From positions 448,001 to 512,000 of the forward strand of contig CBDCWI010000002.1 of the NCBI GenBank assembly GCA_965223325.1: a DNA stretch of 64,000 bases, given 5' to 3'. The translations under genes were made by a program, and so were the position numbers. Positions 21,245-32,844 of this stretch are shown piece after piece. Under the pieces are notes generated by a model. That model was not told the DNA's origin, did no database searches, and saw only the letters and a list, made by a program, of their open reading frames with translations. Within the stretch, counting starts at the first letter, position 1; every line of letters starts with the position of its first letter. This DNA comes from Candidatus Multivoradales bacterium (GTDB taxonomy: Bacteria > Acidobacteriota > Thermoanaerobaculia > Multivoradales > Multivoraceae).

Positions 21245-21997
21245 ATGACCATGGCACAGACCGCGGCGGCGCTCGTCATTGGTACGGAGATTCTGACCGG
21301 GAAGATCCAGGAGACCAATGTCCACCGGCTCGCCCAGGAGCTGTTCCGCCTCGGCATCGAGCTCAAGCGGGTGGTCGTTTGCCCAGACGACATCGAAACG
21401 ATCGCACGAGATATCGACCAGCTGCGGCGCGAGTTCGACTGGTTGTTCACCAGTGGCGGCGTGGGACCCACACACGACGACGTCACCCTCGAGGCGGTTG
21501 CTCGAGCGTTCGACTGCCAGGTCGTCGAGTCTCCCGAGTTGGTCGAGAAGATTCGCGACTTCGTCGGCGAGGGGGCCTGGAACGAAGGCCATCAGCGGAT
21601 GTCCGTCATTCCGGAGGGCGCCAAGCTCCTCGCTTCGCCCGAGGTGCCGTGGCCGACCGTGGTGATGGCCAACGTCTATGTGCTGCCGGGACTGCCGCGG
21701 GTCTTCGAGATGAAGATGCAGCTGGTGCGACAGGAGCTGGTGGGCGACACGCCGTTCCTCAGCCGGGCGGTCTACACCCAGTGCCGCGAGAGTGAACTCG
21801 CGACGACACTGACGACCCTCGCCGAGCAGCACGACCAGGTCTCGCTGGGCAGCTACCCGGTGTGGGGCGACAAGCGCTACCGCGTCAAGCTGACGGTCGA
21901 TGGACGCGACGAGGCGGCAGTCGAACGGGCGGTCGAAGCGATTCGCGAGGCACTGCCATCGGAGCAGGTGGTTCCGGCGCCGGATGAGCCTCTGTAG
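21245..21997 (+). CDS. CinA-like / molybdopterin-binding domain protein (COG1058)
   Basis: IGTEILTGKIQETN, SGGVGPTHDDVT, VLPGLP motifs; start codon uncertain (21221, 21245 or 21251). Confidence 0.85.
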   Translation: MTMAQTAAALVIGTEILTGKIQETNVHRLAQELFRLGIELKRVVVCPDDIETIARDIDQLRREFDWLFTSGGVGPTHDDVTLEAVARAFDCQVVESPELVEKIRDFVGEGAWNEGHQRMSVIPEGAKLLASPEVPWPTVVMANVYVLPGLPRVFEMKMQLVRQELVGDTPFLSRAVYTQCRESELATTLTTLAEQHDQVSLGSYPVWGDKRYRVKLTVDGRDEAAVERAVEAIREALPSEQVVPAPDEPL

Positions 21998-22080
21998 GCG
22001 CGATCGCGTTGCGCTGCGGCCCGCGCGGCTCGCGGTATCGTGGCGGCCGAAGCGCAACAACCCCTAGAGAGGACTCCGCC

Positions 22081-22878
22081 ATGAGCTCCGATCTCCTCCT
22101 CGTCGACCGCAGCGAGCCGATCGTTCGCATCACTCTCAACAACCCGGAACAGCGTAACGCCATGCCACCCGAGATGGGCATAGCGCTCACCGAGGCGGTG
22201 CAGGAGATCAACGCCGACCGGAAGGCGCGTGTGGTCGTCGTGCGCGGCGCGGGCCGAGCGTTCAGCGCGGGCGGCAACCTCGACAACCTCGAGGCCGAAA
22301 CCCGCGGCGAGCGCGAGCGTGAGGCGGGCGGTCTCGGAGGCGGTGCCCGCTTCTACCGTCTTTTTCTCTCGATTCGAGATCTCGAAGTGCCGACGATCGC
22401 CGCGGTCAACGGCCACGCGGTGGGCGCAGGTCTCTGTTTCGCTCTCGCCCACGACCTGCGCGTGATCCATGAACGCGCCAAGCTCGGCGTGACATTCACG
22501 CGCCTGGGAATCCATCCCGGTATGGCGGCCACCTGGACCCTGCCCCGCCTCATCGGCTCCTCACGCGCTGCGGACCTCCTCTACACGGGGCGCCTGATCA
22601 CTGCGCAAGAAGCGTTGGAGATGGGCATCGCCAATCGCATCGGCGGTGACGATGACTTCGACGCAACGGTCAACGAACTCGCGGAACGAATCGCCGGCTC
22701 GGGTCCGGTCGCCGTCCGCGGAGTCAAAGAAACCCTCCGCGGCACCTTCGATCGCACCATCGACGACGCCCTCGAGCGCGAAGGCGCAGTCCAAGCCCGT
22801 ACGTTCACGACTGACGATGCAAAGGAGGGCATCGCGGCGATCAAGGCCAGGAGGGAACCTGAGTTCAAGGGCCGCTAG
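22081..22878 (+). CDS. Enoyl-CoA hydratase/isomerase family protein
   Basis: LNNPEQRNA, AFSAGGNL, PTIAAVNGHAVGAG, DAKEGIAA..REPEFKG; AGAGGA RBS. Confidence 0.92.
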   Translation: MSSDLLLVDRSEPIVRITLNNPEQRNAMPPEMGIALTEAVQEINADRKARVVVVRGAGRAFSAGGNLDNLEAETRGEREREAGGLGGGARFYRLFLSIRDLEVPTIAAVNGHAVGAGLCFALAHDLRVIHERAKLGVTFTRLGIHPGMAATWTLPRLIGSSRAADLLYTGRLITAQEALEMGIANRIGGDDDFDATVNELAERIAGSGPVAVRGVKETLRGTFDRTIDDALEREGAVQARTFTTDDAKEGIAAIKARREPEFKGR

Positions 22879-22941
22879 CAGCGCGAGCGCCCCCCTGCCG
22901 CGTCACACCCCCGAGATTTCCCAGAACCACCCCAGTCAATT

Positions 22942-23040
22942 GCCCGGGAAACGCCCGGGAAACGCCCGGGAGACGCCCGGGAGACGCCCGGGAGGTGCCC
23001 GGGAGGTGCCCGGGAGGTGCCCGGGAAATGCCCGGGATAC
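22942..23040. repeat. Tandem array of nine 11-bp units GCCCGGGAnnn immediately upstream of nfuA
   Basis: Units: gcccgggaaac x2, gcccgggagac x2, gcccgggaggt x3, gcccgggaaat, gcccgggatac. Confidence 0.95.
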
Positions 23041-23058
23041 CTGGATAGAATCCGACCT

Positions 23059-23625
23059 ATGAATCTCTCCTTTACCCCATTGGCTCGCAAGAACATCCTG
23101 CTCGCCATGGAAGACGAAGAACGCGCCGAGCTCGCGGTTCGTGTCGCCATCACCGGACGCCGAGGTCCAGGTGGCTTCCAGTACCGCATGGACCTGGTTG
23201 GCATGGATGAACGCGCGGATGATGATCTGGTCGTCGATCTCGGTGACTTCAAGGCCTTCGTAGATCCCGAGAGTGCGCCTGATCTGGAAGGCGCCTCGAT
23301 CGACTTCGTCCAGAAGCTCAACGAGGCAGGCTTTCGCTTCAACAACCCCAACTCGCCCTGGGACTCGCCCATCGCCGCCGAAGTGCAGAAGGTGATTGAT
23401 GACCGCATCAACCCCTCGATCGCGTCACACGGTGGTTTCATCACGCTGCTCGACGTCAAGGAGAACGACGTCTACTTGCAGATGGGCGGGGGTTGTCAGG
23501 GCTGCGGCCAGGCCGACGTGACATTGAAGCTTGGGGTCGAAGAAATGATTCGTGAGGCCGTGCCGCAGGTCGAGAACATTTTCGACACCACCGACCACGC
23601 AGCAGGTGCCAACCCCTACTACTGA
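23059..23625 (+). CDS. nfuA: Fe-S cluster biogenesis protein NfuA
   Basis: N-terminal degenerate A-type domain (GASIDF..GFRFNNPN) plus NifU-like domain INPSIASHGG...GGGCQGC...DTTDHAAGANPYY. Confidence 0.9.
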   Translation: MNLSFTPLARKNILLAMEDEERAELAVRVAITGRRGPGGFQYRMDLVGMDERADDDLVVDLGDFKAFVDPESAPDLEGASIDFVQKLNEAGFRFNNPNSPWDSPIAAEVQKVIDDRINPSIASHGGFITLLDVKENDVYLQMGGGCQGCGQADVTLKLGVEEMIREAVPQVENIFDTTDHAAGANPYY

Positions 23626-23646
23626 CCCTTCGCACAAAGGCCAACG

Positions 23647-24147
23647 ATGAGCGTTTCCGTCAACGGCATCGCGCACATCCAGCTCACCGTCCGTGATCCC
23701 GAGCGCTGCCTGCCGTTCTGGGAACGGCTGTGTCATTTCCTCGAAATGAAGACGCTCATCAAGTCCGAGAACGTTCTGTACTGCATTGGCAGTCGCACCG
23801 GCATCCTGGTGCGCGGCGCACCGGCTGAGAAGCGTGACCGGGCCTTCGATCAAGACCGTCCGGGTCTCCACCACTTCTGCTTTCGCGCTCGCTCCCGTGA
23901 AGACGTCGACGAGGTCTTTGGCTTCATTGAGTCCGAGCCGGACATCAACGTCGTTCACGGTCCAGAAGACGGCGAACAATTCGCCCCTGGCTATTATTCG
24001 ATTCTTTTCGAGGACCCCGACGGCATTCGGGTCGAGTTCAACTACGTCCCGGGCAAGGGCCATTTCGGGCCCGAGGGCCGCCTGGGAGGCGGCAAAGGCC
24101 CCGCCGATCGCTACGGCGAAGACGGCCTCACCGACACGAGCAGCTGA
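23647..24147 (+). CDS. VOC (glyoxalase) family protein
   Basis: GIAHIQLTV, GLHHFCFRA, YYSILFEDPDGIRVE. Confidence 0.9.
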   Translation: MSVSVNGIAHIQLTVRDPERCLPFWERLCHFLEMKTLIKSENVLYCIGSRTGILVRGAPAEKRDRAFDQDRPGLHHFCFRARSREDVDEVFGFIESEPDINVVHGPEDGEQFAPGYYSILFEDPDGIRVEFNYVPGKGHFGPEGRLGGGKGPADRYGEDGLTDTSS

Positions 24148-24181
24148 ACCAAGCGCCAGCGAACCCCCGCCCAGCTTGGCA

Positions 24182-24290
24182 TGAAAGTGTCTGACACCCG
24201 TCGTGACACCCGTCGTGACCCCTCGTCTTGAAAGCGTCTGACACCTTCTGACCCCCTTCGGACCCGTCGTGCGTGAAAGTGTCTGACACC
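24182..24290. repeat. Three 17-bp direct repeats with palindromic core GTGTC-T-GACAC (REP-like)
   Basis: TGAAAG(T/C)GTCTGACACC at 24182, 24229 and 24274; the intervening DNA contains repeated CCCGTCGTG. Confidence 0.75.
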
Positions 24291-24425
24291 TTGGGCGCTT
24301 TGGGGGATGGCACGCCCTCGCGGTACGTTCTCGGCTAGGCCTCGCCTTTCAATTAAACCTCGTTTTTCATTAGAATCTGACTTCCGAGGTCCTCTTCTCC
24401 TCGGGAAATGTCCGGAGGGATTTCA

Positions 24426-25823
24426 ATGCGATGCACCAACTCACGGCTGATCCGGCTCTTCCTTTTCGTCGGCTGCCTGGCTTGGACCGGCTCGGTTGTG
24501 GCGCAACCGGGGGCTCTCGACACATCGTTCGGCGACGGCGGCACCGCCGCTGTGTCATCGCCAGACCCAGCTGCCTTTGGTTTTGCCTATGGCTACGATG
24601 TCGTCGAAACAGCAGACCGTCGTTTGATCGTCGCCGGTTCGGTCGAAGTCAAGAACCTGGACGGTGAGGTCTCAGGTCGTGCCGTGGCGCTGGCCAAGCT
24701 CACCGAAGACGGGTTGCTCGATCCGGACTTCGGTACTGGCGGTCTCGTCACCCACGACATTTCACCCGGCTTCTTCGACCAGCTCTTCGACATCGCCCTC
24801 CTACCCGACGGCAAGATCATCGCCTGCGGCACCGCCTTCCACAACCAGCAGGACATCCTGCTGGCGCGCTTCCATGCCGACGGTCGTCTTGATCGCCGTT
24901 TCGGCGACAACGGCGTTGTGGTGACGCACATCCAGGAAGGCGAGAACGCATTCAGTCTGGCAGTCCAGGAGAACGGACGCATCGTGATCGCGGGCGCCAC
25001 CAAAGCGACGTCGGACAATCGTTTCGATTTCGTCGTCGCTCGCTACCGCTCCTCCGGCAAGCTCGATCGTAAGTTCGCCGACGGCGGTATGTTCATTGAC
25101 GACTTCGGCTTCGGCGACGCCACGGCTCGCAAGGTCATGGTCCAGGCAGACGGCAAGATCGTCGTCGCCGGTGACGCCGGAGAGCCGGCGCCACCCTATC
25201 CACGGGAAATGGTGGCCCTTCGCCTGCGGGGAAACGGCTCCCTCGACCGTAGGTTCGGCGAGGGTGGCCTGGTAGTGATCGACTTCACAGGCAAGCGCGA
25301 CTTCACCTCCGCGCTCGCCATCGACGACAGCGGCCGCATCCTGGTCGGCGGCCAGGCAGAGAACGGTGAGGCCAACAACTGGGACATCGCCATCACACGC
25401 CTCAAGACCAACGGACGATTCGATCGCACGTTCGGTGACCGGGGGCGCAGACTGATCGACCTGCAGAGCAAGACCGAAGCGGCGAGCGGGCTCCAACTCG
25501 AAAAGCGCGGCAAGATCCTGGTCGGTGGCTGGGTCGCCTCGGCAGAGGGCACCGCCTGCAACGGCCAGGGCCGAGACACGCACTGCGACCTCGCCGTCAT
25601 GCGACTGCGCAACAACGGCGATCTCGACCCCAACTTCGGCGTCGGTGGATGGCAAACAACAGATGTCAACGGCCACTGGGACCGCAACTTCGGCATGATC
25701 ATCGACAGCAGAAGGCGCATCGTGCTCGCCGGTACCACCACCACCGGCGCACCCAACAACTTCCCCATCGCCGAGGACTCGGCGATGTTGGTGGCGCGCT
25801 TCTTCACTCGTAGGGCGCACTAG
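24426..25823 (+). CDS. Secreted delta-60 repeat (beta-propeller) protein
   Basis: Signal peptide; repeated xQxDGKIVVAG...R...GxLDxxFGxxG units; GGAGG RBS. Confidence 0.85.
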   Translation: MRCTNSRLIRLFLFVGCLAWTGSVVAQPGALDTSFGDGGTAAVSSPDPAAFGFAYGYDVVETADRRLIVAGSVEVKNLDGEVSGRAVALAKLTEDGLLDPDFGTGGLVTHDISPGFFDQLFDIALLPDGKIIACGTAFHNQQDILLARFHADGRLDRRFGDNGVVVTHIQEGENAFSLAVQENGRIVIAGATKATSDNRFDFVVARYRSSGKLDRKFADGGMFIDDFGFGDATARKVMVQADGKIVVAGDAGEPAPPYPREMVALRLRGNGSLDRRFGEGGLVVIDFTGKRDFTSALAIDDSGRILVGGQAENGEANNWDIAITRLKTNGRFDRTFGDRGRRLIDLQSKTEAASGLQLEKRGKILVGGWVASAEGTACNGQGRDTHCDLAVMRLRNNGDLDPNFGVGGWQTTDVNGHWDRNFGMIIDSRRRIVLAGTTTTGAPNNFPIAEDSAMLVARFFTRRAH

Positions 25824-25837
25824 CAGAGCGCCTCAGG

Positions 25838-26188
25838 TCAGCCCTTGACCGTCCAGCCGCGGCGTGTGAGCTCGGCGCGTAGCGCGGCGCGCTGGTCGCC
25901 TTGCATTTCGATGTGACGTGCGCCGTGGGTGCCACCGGTGCCGCAGCGTGCCTTGAGCTCCTTGGCGAGGCTACGCAGGAACGACGGGTTGGCTGGCAGC
26001 CCTTCGATCATCGTGAGCGTCTTTCCCCTACGCCCCTTCTTATCGAGGCGCAAGCTCACCGCGAGCTGATCGGGAACTTCCTCGGGCGCAGCCGATTGGC
26101 TGCAGGAGCATCGCCTCTCCGGCTGCCCACAGCGCGGGCACATCGTTCCGCACTCCGTGGAGTAGGTGAGTCTTCCGCGGCGAGCCAT
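25838..26188 (-). CDS. yciH: SUI1/eIF1-like translation factor YciH
   Basis: LTYST..CPRC, KGRRGK, LAKELKARCGTGG, IEMQGD. Confidence 0.9.
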   Translation of the reverse strand: MARRGRLTYSTECGTMCPRCGQPERRCSCSQSAAPEEVPDQLAVSLRLDKKGRRGKTLTMIEGLPANPSFLRSLAKELKARCGTGGTHGARHIEMQGDQRAALRAELTRRGWTVKG

Positions 26189-26280
26189 GGGGCCTCCTGG
26201 TCGTTGCTCGTTCTGGCGCTTGCGGGGTACGCACGACTATTGTGTCGCAGGCGCTGGCAACCGACCGCGAAGCGATCACG

Positions 26281-27012
26281 ATGACCGATTCCCCACCGCG
26301 ACATCAAAACGACATCTACGCCGACCTGAGCGAAGACTCCGGGAACCCCGCGATTCCGGCGGCGACCGTCGTGCTCTTGCGTGACGCTCCGTCAGGTCCT
26401 GAGGCCTTGATGTTGCGCAAGAACTCCAAGATCGCCTTCGGCGGCATGTGGGTCTTCCCCGGCGGCCGTATCGACGAAGAGGACTACCCCGCCGACCGAG
26501 ATCTCTTGACTGCAGCACGCAATGCCGCGGCGCGCGAGGCGGCAGAGGAGGCCGGAATCGAGCAGGACCCTACGGACTTCGTATGGTTCTCCCACTGGAG
26601 CCCTCCCCCATCGACGAAGAGGCGCTTCGCGACCTTCTTCTTCGCCGCCCGCGCGGCGTCCAACGAAATCGCAATCGACGGAGGCGAGATCCTCGAGCAC
26701 GTCTGGATCATGCCCGGAGATGCCCTCGACCGCCATCGTAGGGGCGCCATTGATCTGGCGCCGCCCACCTGGGTCACCCTCTTTCACCTCTCGCAACGTC
26801 AACCGACCGCCGAGGTGCTCGAGCACTTCCGAAACCAGACACCACAGGTCTACGAGACTCACATCGCAGAGCGTGCAGACGGGCAGCGTGTCGCCCTGTG
26901 GAAAGGAGACGCCGGCTACCTGGACTGGGACGCCGACGCGGCCGGGGACCGCCACCGGCTCACCCTGGCCCGTGGCGGATTCACCTTCGAGTACCCCCCG
27001 GGAATCTATTGA
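26281..27012 (+). CDS. NUDIX hydrolase (Nudt19-like)
   Basis: PAATVVLLRD, WVFPGGRID...AAAREAAEEAG Nudix box, W-x-P..RRF motif. Confidence 0.88.
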   Translation: MTDSPPRHQNDIYADLSEDSGNPAIPAATVVLLRDAPSGPEALMLRKNSKIAFGGMWVFPGGRIDEEDYPADRDLLTAARNAAAREAAEEAGIEQDPTDFVWFSHWSPPPSTKRRFATFFFAARAASNEIAIDGGEILEHVWIMPGDALDRHRRGAIDLAPPTWVTLFHLSQRQPTAEVLEHFRNQTPQVYETHIAERADGQRVALWKGDAGYLDWDADAAGDRHRLTLARGGFTFEYPPGIY

Positions 27013-27036
27013 TTGCCCATCGAAGACTCGACGAGG

Positions 27037-28152
27037 CTAGAGCCACTTCTTCACGCGAAAGAACACCAACAGCCCCAGGGCGATCAAGACCATCGCCAGG
27101 AGGGTCACCGGATAGGCCCACGCCCATCGCAGCTCGGGCATACTCCAAGGCCCGGCATCGGGGCTGAAATTCATCCCGTAGACGCCGGCGATGAAGGTCA
27201 GCGGAATGAAGATCGAACCAATGATCGTCAACACCTTCATGACCTCGTTGAGCGTCTGACTCACACTCGACAAGTAGAGATGCGCCAGGCTATTGGTGAC
27301 GTCGCGATACGACTCCACCCGATCGACGATCTGCATCGCGTGGTCTGCACAGTCGCGCAGGTAGACCTTGGTCTCCTTACCCAGCAGCTCGTGCTGCTCG
27401 CGCCGCAAGCTGACGATCACATCCCGCAGCGGCCAGGTGGCCCGCAGCACATCGAGCAGATCGCGACGGGTGTCCTGGATGCTCTCCATGTCCTTCTTTT
27501 CGGGATTGGTCAGAATCTTGTCCTCGAGCCGCTCGATGTGCTCGTCGAACGCTTCCAACACCGGGAAGAACTGGTCGATCAAGGTATCGAGAAGCGCATA
27601 GGCGAGATAGTCGGCGCCACGCGTCCGCAGCCGGCTACCCGAGCGCTCGAGCCGCGACCGTACCGGCGCAAAGAGATTTGCCGGTGACTCCTCGATCGAC
27701 ACCACCCACCCGCGACCAAAGAACAGGCTGACCTGCTCGTTCTCCACCCCTTCGACCGCAGAGCTCGTTCTCTCGCTCTGATGGAACGAACGCAGGACGA
27801 CGTAGTGGTGGTCGTCGAACTCGTCGTGCTTGGCACGTTGCTTGGGGTGCACAACATCCTCGAGTGCCAGCGGATGCAAGCCAAAGTGGCGACCGATCTT
27901 CTGAATCGACTCGAAGTCACGAACCCCCTCGGCGTGCAGCCACAGAACCTCGTCACCCCGGCGATCTGCGAGTGCAGGCAGTGCCTCAACCGAGTCGAGG
28001 GTCGTCTCCGACACCCCATCGCGGCTGTAACGACAAAGCCATAGCCGCAGCCCGACAGGCGTTTGCACTTCGCCCTCGCGGGCCAGCTCGAGCGGCGCGA
28101 GTTCGCCGGGCGGATGCCCTGGTTGCCAGGGCACCCGCTCGAGCTTCTTCAT
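27037..28152 (-). CDS. corA: Magnesium/cobalt transporter CorA
   Basis: LHPLALEDV..QRAK, YLRD..DH, NEVMKVLTI, YGMNF signature, MPEL. Confidence 0.95.
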   Translation of the reverse strand: MKKLERVPWQPGHPPGELAPLELAREGEVQTPVGLRLWLCRYSRDGVSETTLDSVEALPALADRRGDEVLWLHAEGVRDFESIQKIGRHFGLHPLALEDVVHPKQRAKHDEFDDHHYVVLRSFHQSERTSSAVEGVENEQVSLFFGRGWVVSIEESPANLFAPVRSRLERSGSRLRTRGADYLAYALLDTLIDQFFPVLEAFDEHIERLEDKILTNPEKKDMESIQDTRRDLLDVLRATWPLRDVIVSLRREQHELLGKETKVYLRDCADHAMQIVDRVESYRDVTNSLAHLYLSSVSQTLNEVMKVLTIIGSIFIPLTFIAGVYGMNFSPDAGPWSMPELRWAWAYPVTLLAMVLIALGLLVFFRVKKWL

Positions 28153-28203
28153 CGATCAGCGTCCGAGGCGAGGCAAGGAGTCACGAACCCTCGCGGGCTC
28201 GAC

Positions 28204-30381
<2,178 letters not shown>

Positions 30382-30384
30382 GGC

Positions 30385-30888
30385 TTACCTCCCCGCTCCG
30401 GCTGACGTTTCCGTGGCACTCGACGACCCGTCTGAAGCGAGCTCGGCCGAGCGGTGAATGGCTTTGCGAATGCGGGTGTAGGTGGCGCACCGGCAGAGGT
30501 TGCCAGCCATCGCCTGGTCGATGTCGGCGTCGCTGGGCTGGGGGTTCTTCGCCAACAGCGCCGAAGCCGACATGATCTGCCCGGCCTGGCAGTAGCCGCA
30601 CTGCGGTACATCGATCTCTTTCCACGCCAGCTGCACCGGGTGGGAACCGTCCGCTGAAAGACCCTCGACCGTCGTGATGTCGCGCCCGGCGACCCGTGAG
30701 ACCGGCAACTGGCAGGTCTTGCGGGCGGTGCCGTCGACGTGCACTGTGCATGCGCCGCATTGGGTCTTGCCGCAACCGAACTTCGTCCCTTTCATATCGA
30801 GCACATCTCGAAGAACCCACAGGAGAGGCATCTCTCCGGGGACATCAACGCTCATCGGCTTACCATTGAGCCGGAATTCAATCGCCAT
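30385..30888 (-). CDS. (2Fe-2S)-binding subunit (IorA/CoxS-like)
   Basis: GTKFGCG..QCGACTV, QCGYCQ, NLCRC; GGAGA RBS before ATG 30888. Confidence 0.92.
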   Translation of the reverse strand: MAIEFRLNGKPMSVDVPGEMPLLWVLRDVLDMKGTKFGCGKTQCGACTVHVDGTARKTCQLPVSRVAGRDITTVEGLSADGSHPVQLAWKEIDVPQCGYCQAGQIMSASALLAKNPQPSDADIDQAMAGNLCRCATYTRIRKAIHRSAELASDGSSSATETSAGAGR

Positions 30889-31150
30889 AGGAGTTTCTCC
30901 TTCGCTGATCTTTGGACCGTCGGAACGGACCACTGGGTCGTGCTGGGCCGCTGCTCCGAGAGTTTTCTGGTGAAATCTGCGGTGTGGGTGCGGGCCGTCG
31001 ACCGCCAGACACCAGGCAGGCAAACGGCGTAGTCTCGTGGGCTACTTCCCAGCCTACCAGCTGACGACTATGGCGGCCTTTCGAGCACCTGCCGCCCGCG
31101 GCCACCGTCCGCTGGTCGCCACTCGGCAAAGCTCATGGAGAAAAGGTGTT

Positions 31151-31843
31151 TTGAAGCCCCCATCGACCGATCCGACCGCAGTGCGCCCCGGAATTCGCTA
31201 CGAGCTCGAGGGCTGGGAACTGTTCGGGGCAGCGCTGGTGCGCGCCGATGACTCGGCCACCGCAGCAGCAGCCGACCGAATCGCCGCTCTGCGCGCCGAG
31301 GTCACGGCCACTGTCCAACGTGACTTCGTGCTCGATCAACTCGCCAGCCACCCGACCGTCAAGGCGCTGCGCGAGCTGTTCAAGGCAGCCGGAACCAACC
31401 CCAGCCGCTACCGACCGTCATCCGAAGCGCTGGTTCGTCGCCTTCTCAAGGGCTCGGAAATGCCGGCGATCGACGCCCTCGTCGACCTCAACAACTGCCT
31501 CTCGGCGAGTCTCGCGGTGCCGTGCTGCGTGATGGCCGAAGGCACCTTCGAGCCCCCCTTCGTGTTGCGCTCCGGCCGTGACGGGGAAAGCTACGAGTCA
31601 CTGCGCGGGCCGTTTCGCCTCGCCGGACGGCCGCTTCTGGTCGACACTCTCGGGCCCTGTGACGCTCCCATCACTGGCAGCACGCGGGTCAAGGTCACGG
31701 CAGATTCCCAACGCGCCTGGCTGATTGCCTATCTGCCCCACGGCCTGGTCTCCCGCCAGCAGGCTGCCGAGGTTCTCGAGCACCTGATCGAGCGCGCCCC
31801 GGTTGCTGCCTGTCGATTGATCGATTTCGAGGATGAATCGTGA
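31151..31843 (+). CDS. Stand-alone B3/B4 domain protein (PheT-related tRNA editing domain)
   Basis: G.NPSRYRPSSEALVRR, IDALVDLNN.LS motifs; start codon uncertain. Confidence 0.8.
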   Translation: MKPPSTDPTAVRPGIRYELEGWELFGAALVRADDSATAAAADRIAALRAEVTATVQRDFVLDQLASHPTVKALRELFKAAGTNPSRYRPSSEALVRRLLKGSEMPAIDALVDLNNCLSASLAVPCCVMAEGTFEPPFVLRSGRDGESYESLRGPFRLAGRPLLVDTLGPCDAPITGSTRVKVTADSQRAWLIAYLPHGLVSRQQAAEVLEHLIERAPVAACRLIDFEDES

Positions 31844-32844
31844 GAAGAGAGGCCAAGCACGACAGCCTCCGAATCCGTGCGGATGTTCGCTCGCAGAGCG
31901 CGGTGCCTCTGGTCCCGGCTCATCTGGTCTCGTTGCATCTGGCCTCAGTGTTCTTGGCCCTTCTGCTTCTCGCCTCGGTCCCCGCCGCGTGCCAACCCCA
32001 AACACCTGTCCCGCCAGCCGTGACCACCGCGGTCTCAGAGAATCGGGGTACGCTCGAGATCACCTATCTCGCCAACGAAGGCTTCCTCCTTCGCCGCGGC
32101 GAGCACAGCGTGCTGGTCGACGCGCTGTTCGGAGACGGTCTCCCTGGCTACGCCAACGTGCCCGGGGCTCTGCGCCAGGTCCTCGAGGCCGCCCAACCAC
32201 CCTTCGACCAGGTCGACTTCGTCCTCGCGACCCACTTCCATGGCGACCACTTCGACCCGCAGGCTGTCGCCCGCTTTCTGGCCAACTCGCCCTCCTCGGT
32301 CTTCGCCTCCAGCCCGGATGCGGTTGCCCAGGTCAGAGCCCTCCTCCCTGGCGACAGCGCAGCCGAGCTCGAACCGCATTATCCGGCGGTCGGCGAGACT
32401 CACGACGTCTCGGTCGCAGACACCGACCGACCCGAGGTCACGATCCTCCGCCTGCACCACGGCAAGACCCGCCCGGAAATCCAGAACCTCGGCTTCATCG
32501 TCGACTTCGACGGCTTGCGCATCCTGCACATCGGCGACACCGAGGCGACCTGGGACGACTTCCTGCCCTACCGCGAGCTGGTCGCGGAAATCGACTACGC
32601 ATTCCTTCCGGCGTGGTTCTTGACCACCCCGAGCTACGCCAAGGTGACCCGCGAGCTGCTCCGCCCTCGTCAGATCGTCGCCATGCATCTCGCCGAAGAG
32701 GGCGCGCCGCCCTCCTGGTTTGGCAGCGACCGAACGCGTACCAACCGCCTCGAACGTGTCCGGCGCCTGTTTCCCAACGCTCTGATCGCCGAACGGCCCG
32801 GGCAGAAACTCGCGCCCTCGCCGCCGACGCAGGCGCGTCGCTAG
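31840..32844 (+). CDS. Exported MBL-fold metallo-hydrolase
   Basis: THFHGDH metal motif, YLANEG, ILHIGD, VAMH; N-terminal hydrophobic segment with possible lipobox PAAC. Confidence 0.82.
   Translation: MRREAKHDSLRIRADVRSQSAVPLVPAHLVSLHLASVFLALLLLASVPAACQPQTPVPPAVTTAVSENRGTLEITYLANEGFLLRRGEHSVLVDALFGDGLPGYANVPGALRQVLEAAQPPFDQVDFVLATHFHGDHFDPQAVARFLANSPSSVFASSPDAVAQVRALLPGDSAAELEPHYPAVGETHDVSVADTDRPEVTILRLHHGKTRPEIQNLGFIVDFDGLRILHIGDTEATWDDFLPYRELVAEIDYAFLPAWFLTTPSYAKVTRELLRPRQIVAMHLAEEGAPPSWFGSDRTRTNRLERVRRLFPNALIAERPGQKLAPSPPTQARR

Noticed and set aside
19870-21486. 538-aa Arg/Pro-rich ORF
   Set aside because: Alternative-frame ORF over pqqL and the CinA-like gene with no family signature.
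24182-24290. Possible mini-CRISPR array
   Set aside because: Repeats are only 17 bp, the spacers resemble each other and the repeat, and there are no cas genes or leader.
30889-31150. Possible Moco riboswitch upstream of the Mo-hydroxylase genes
   Set aside because: No recognisable conserved elements by eye; an Rfam scan would be needed.
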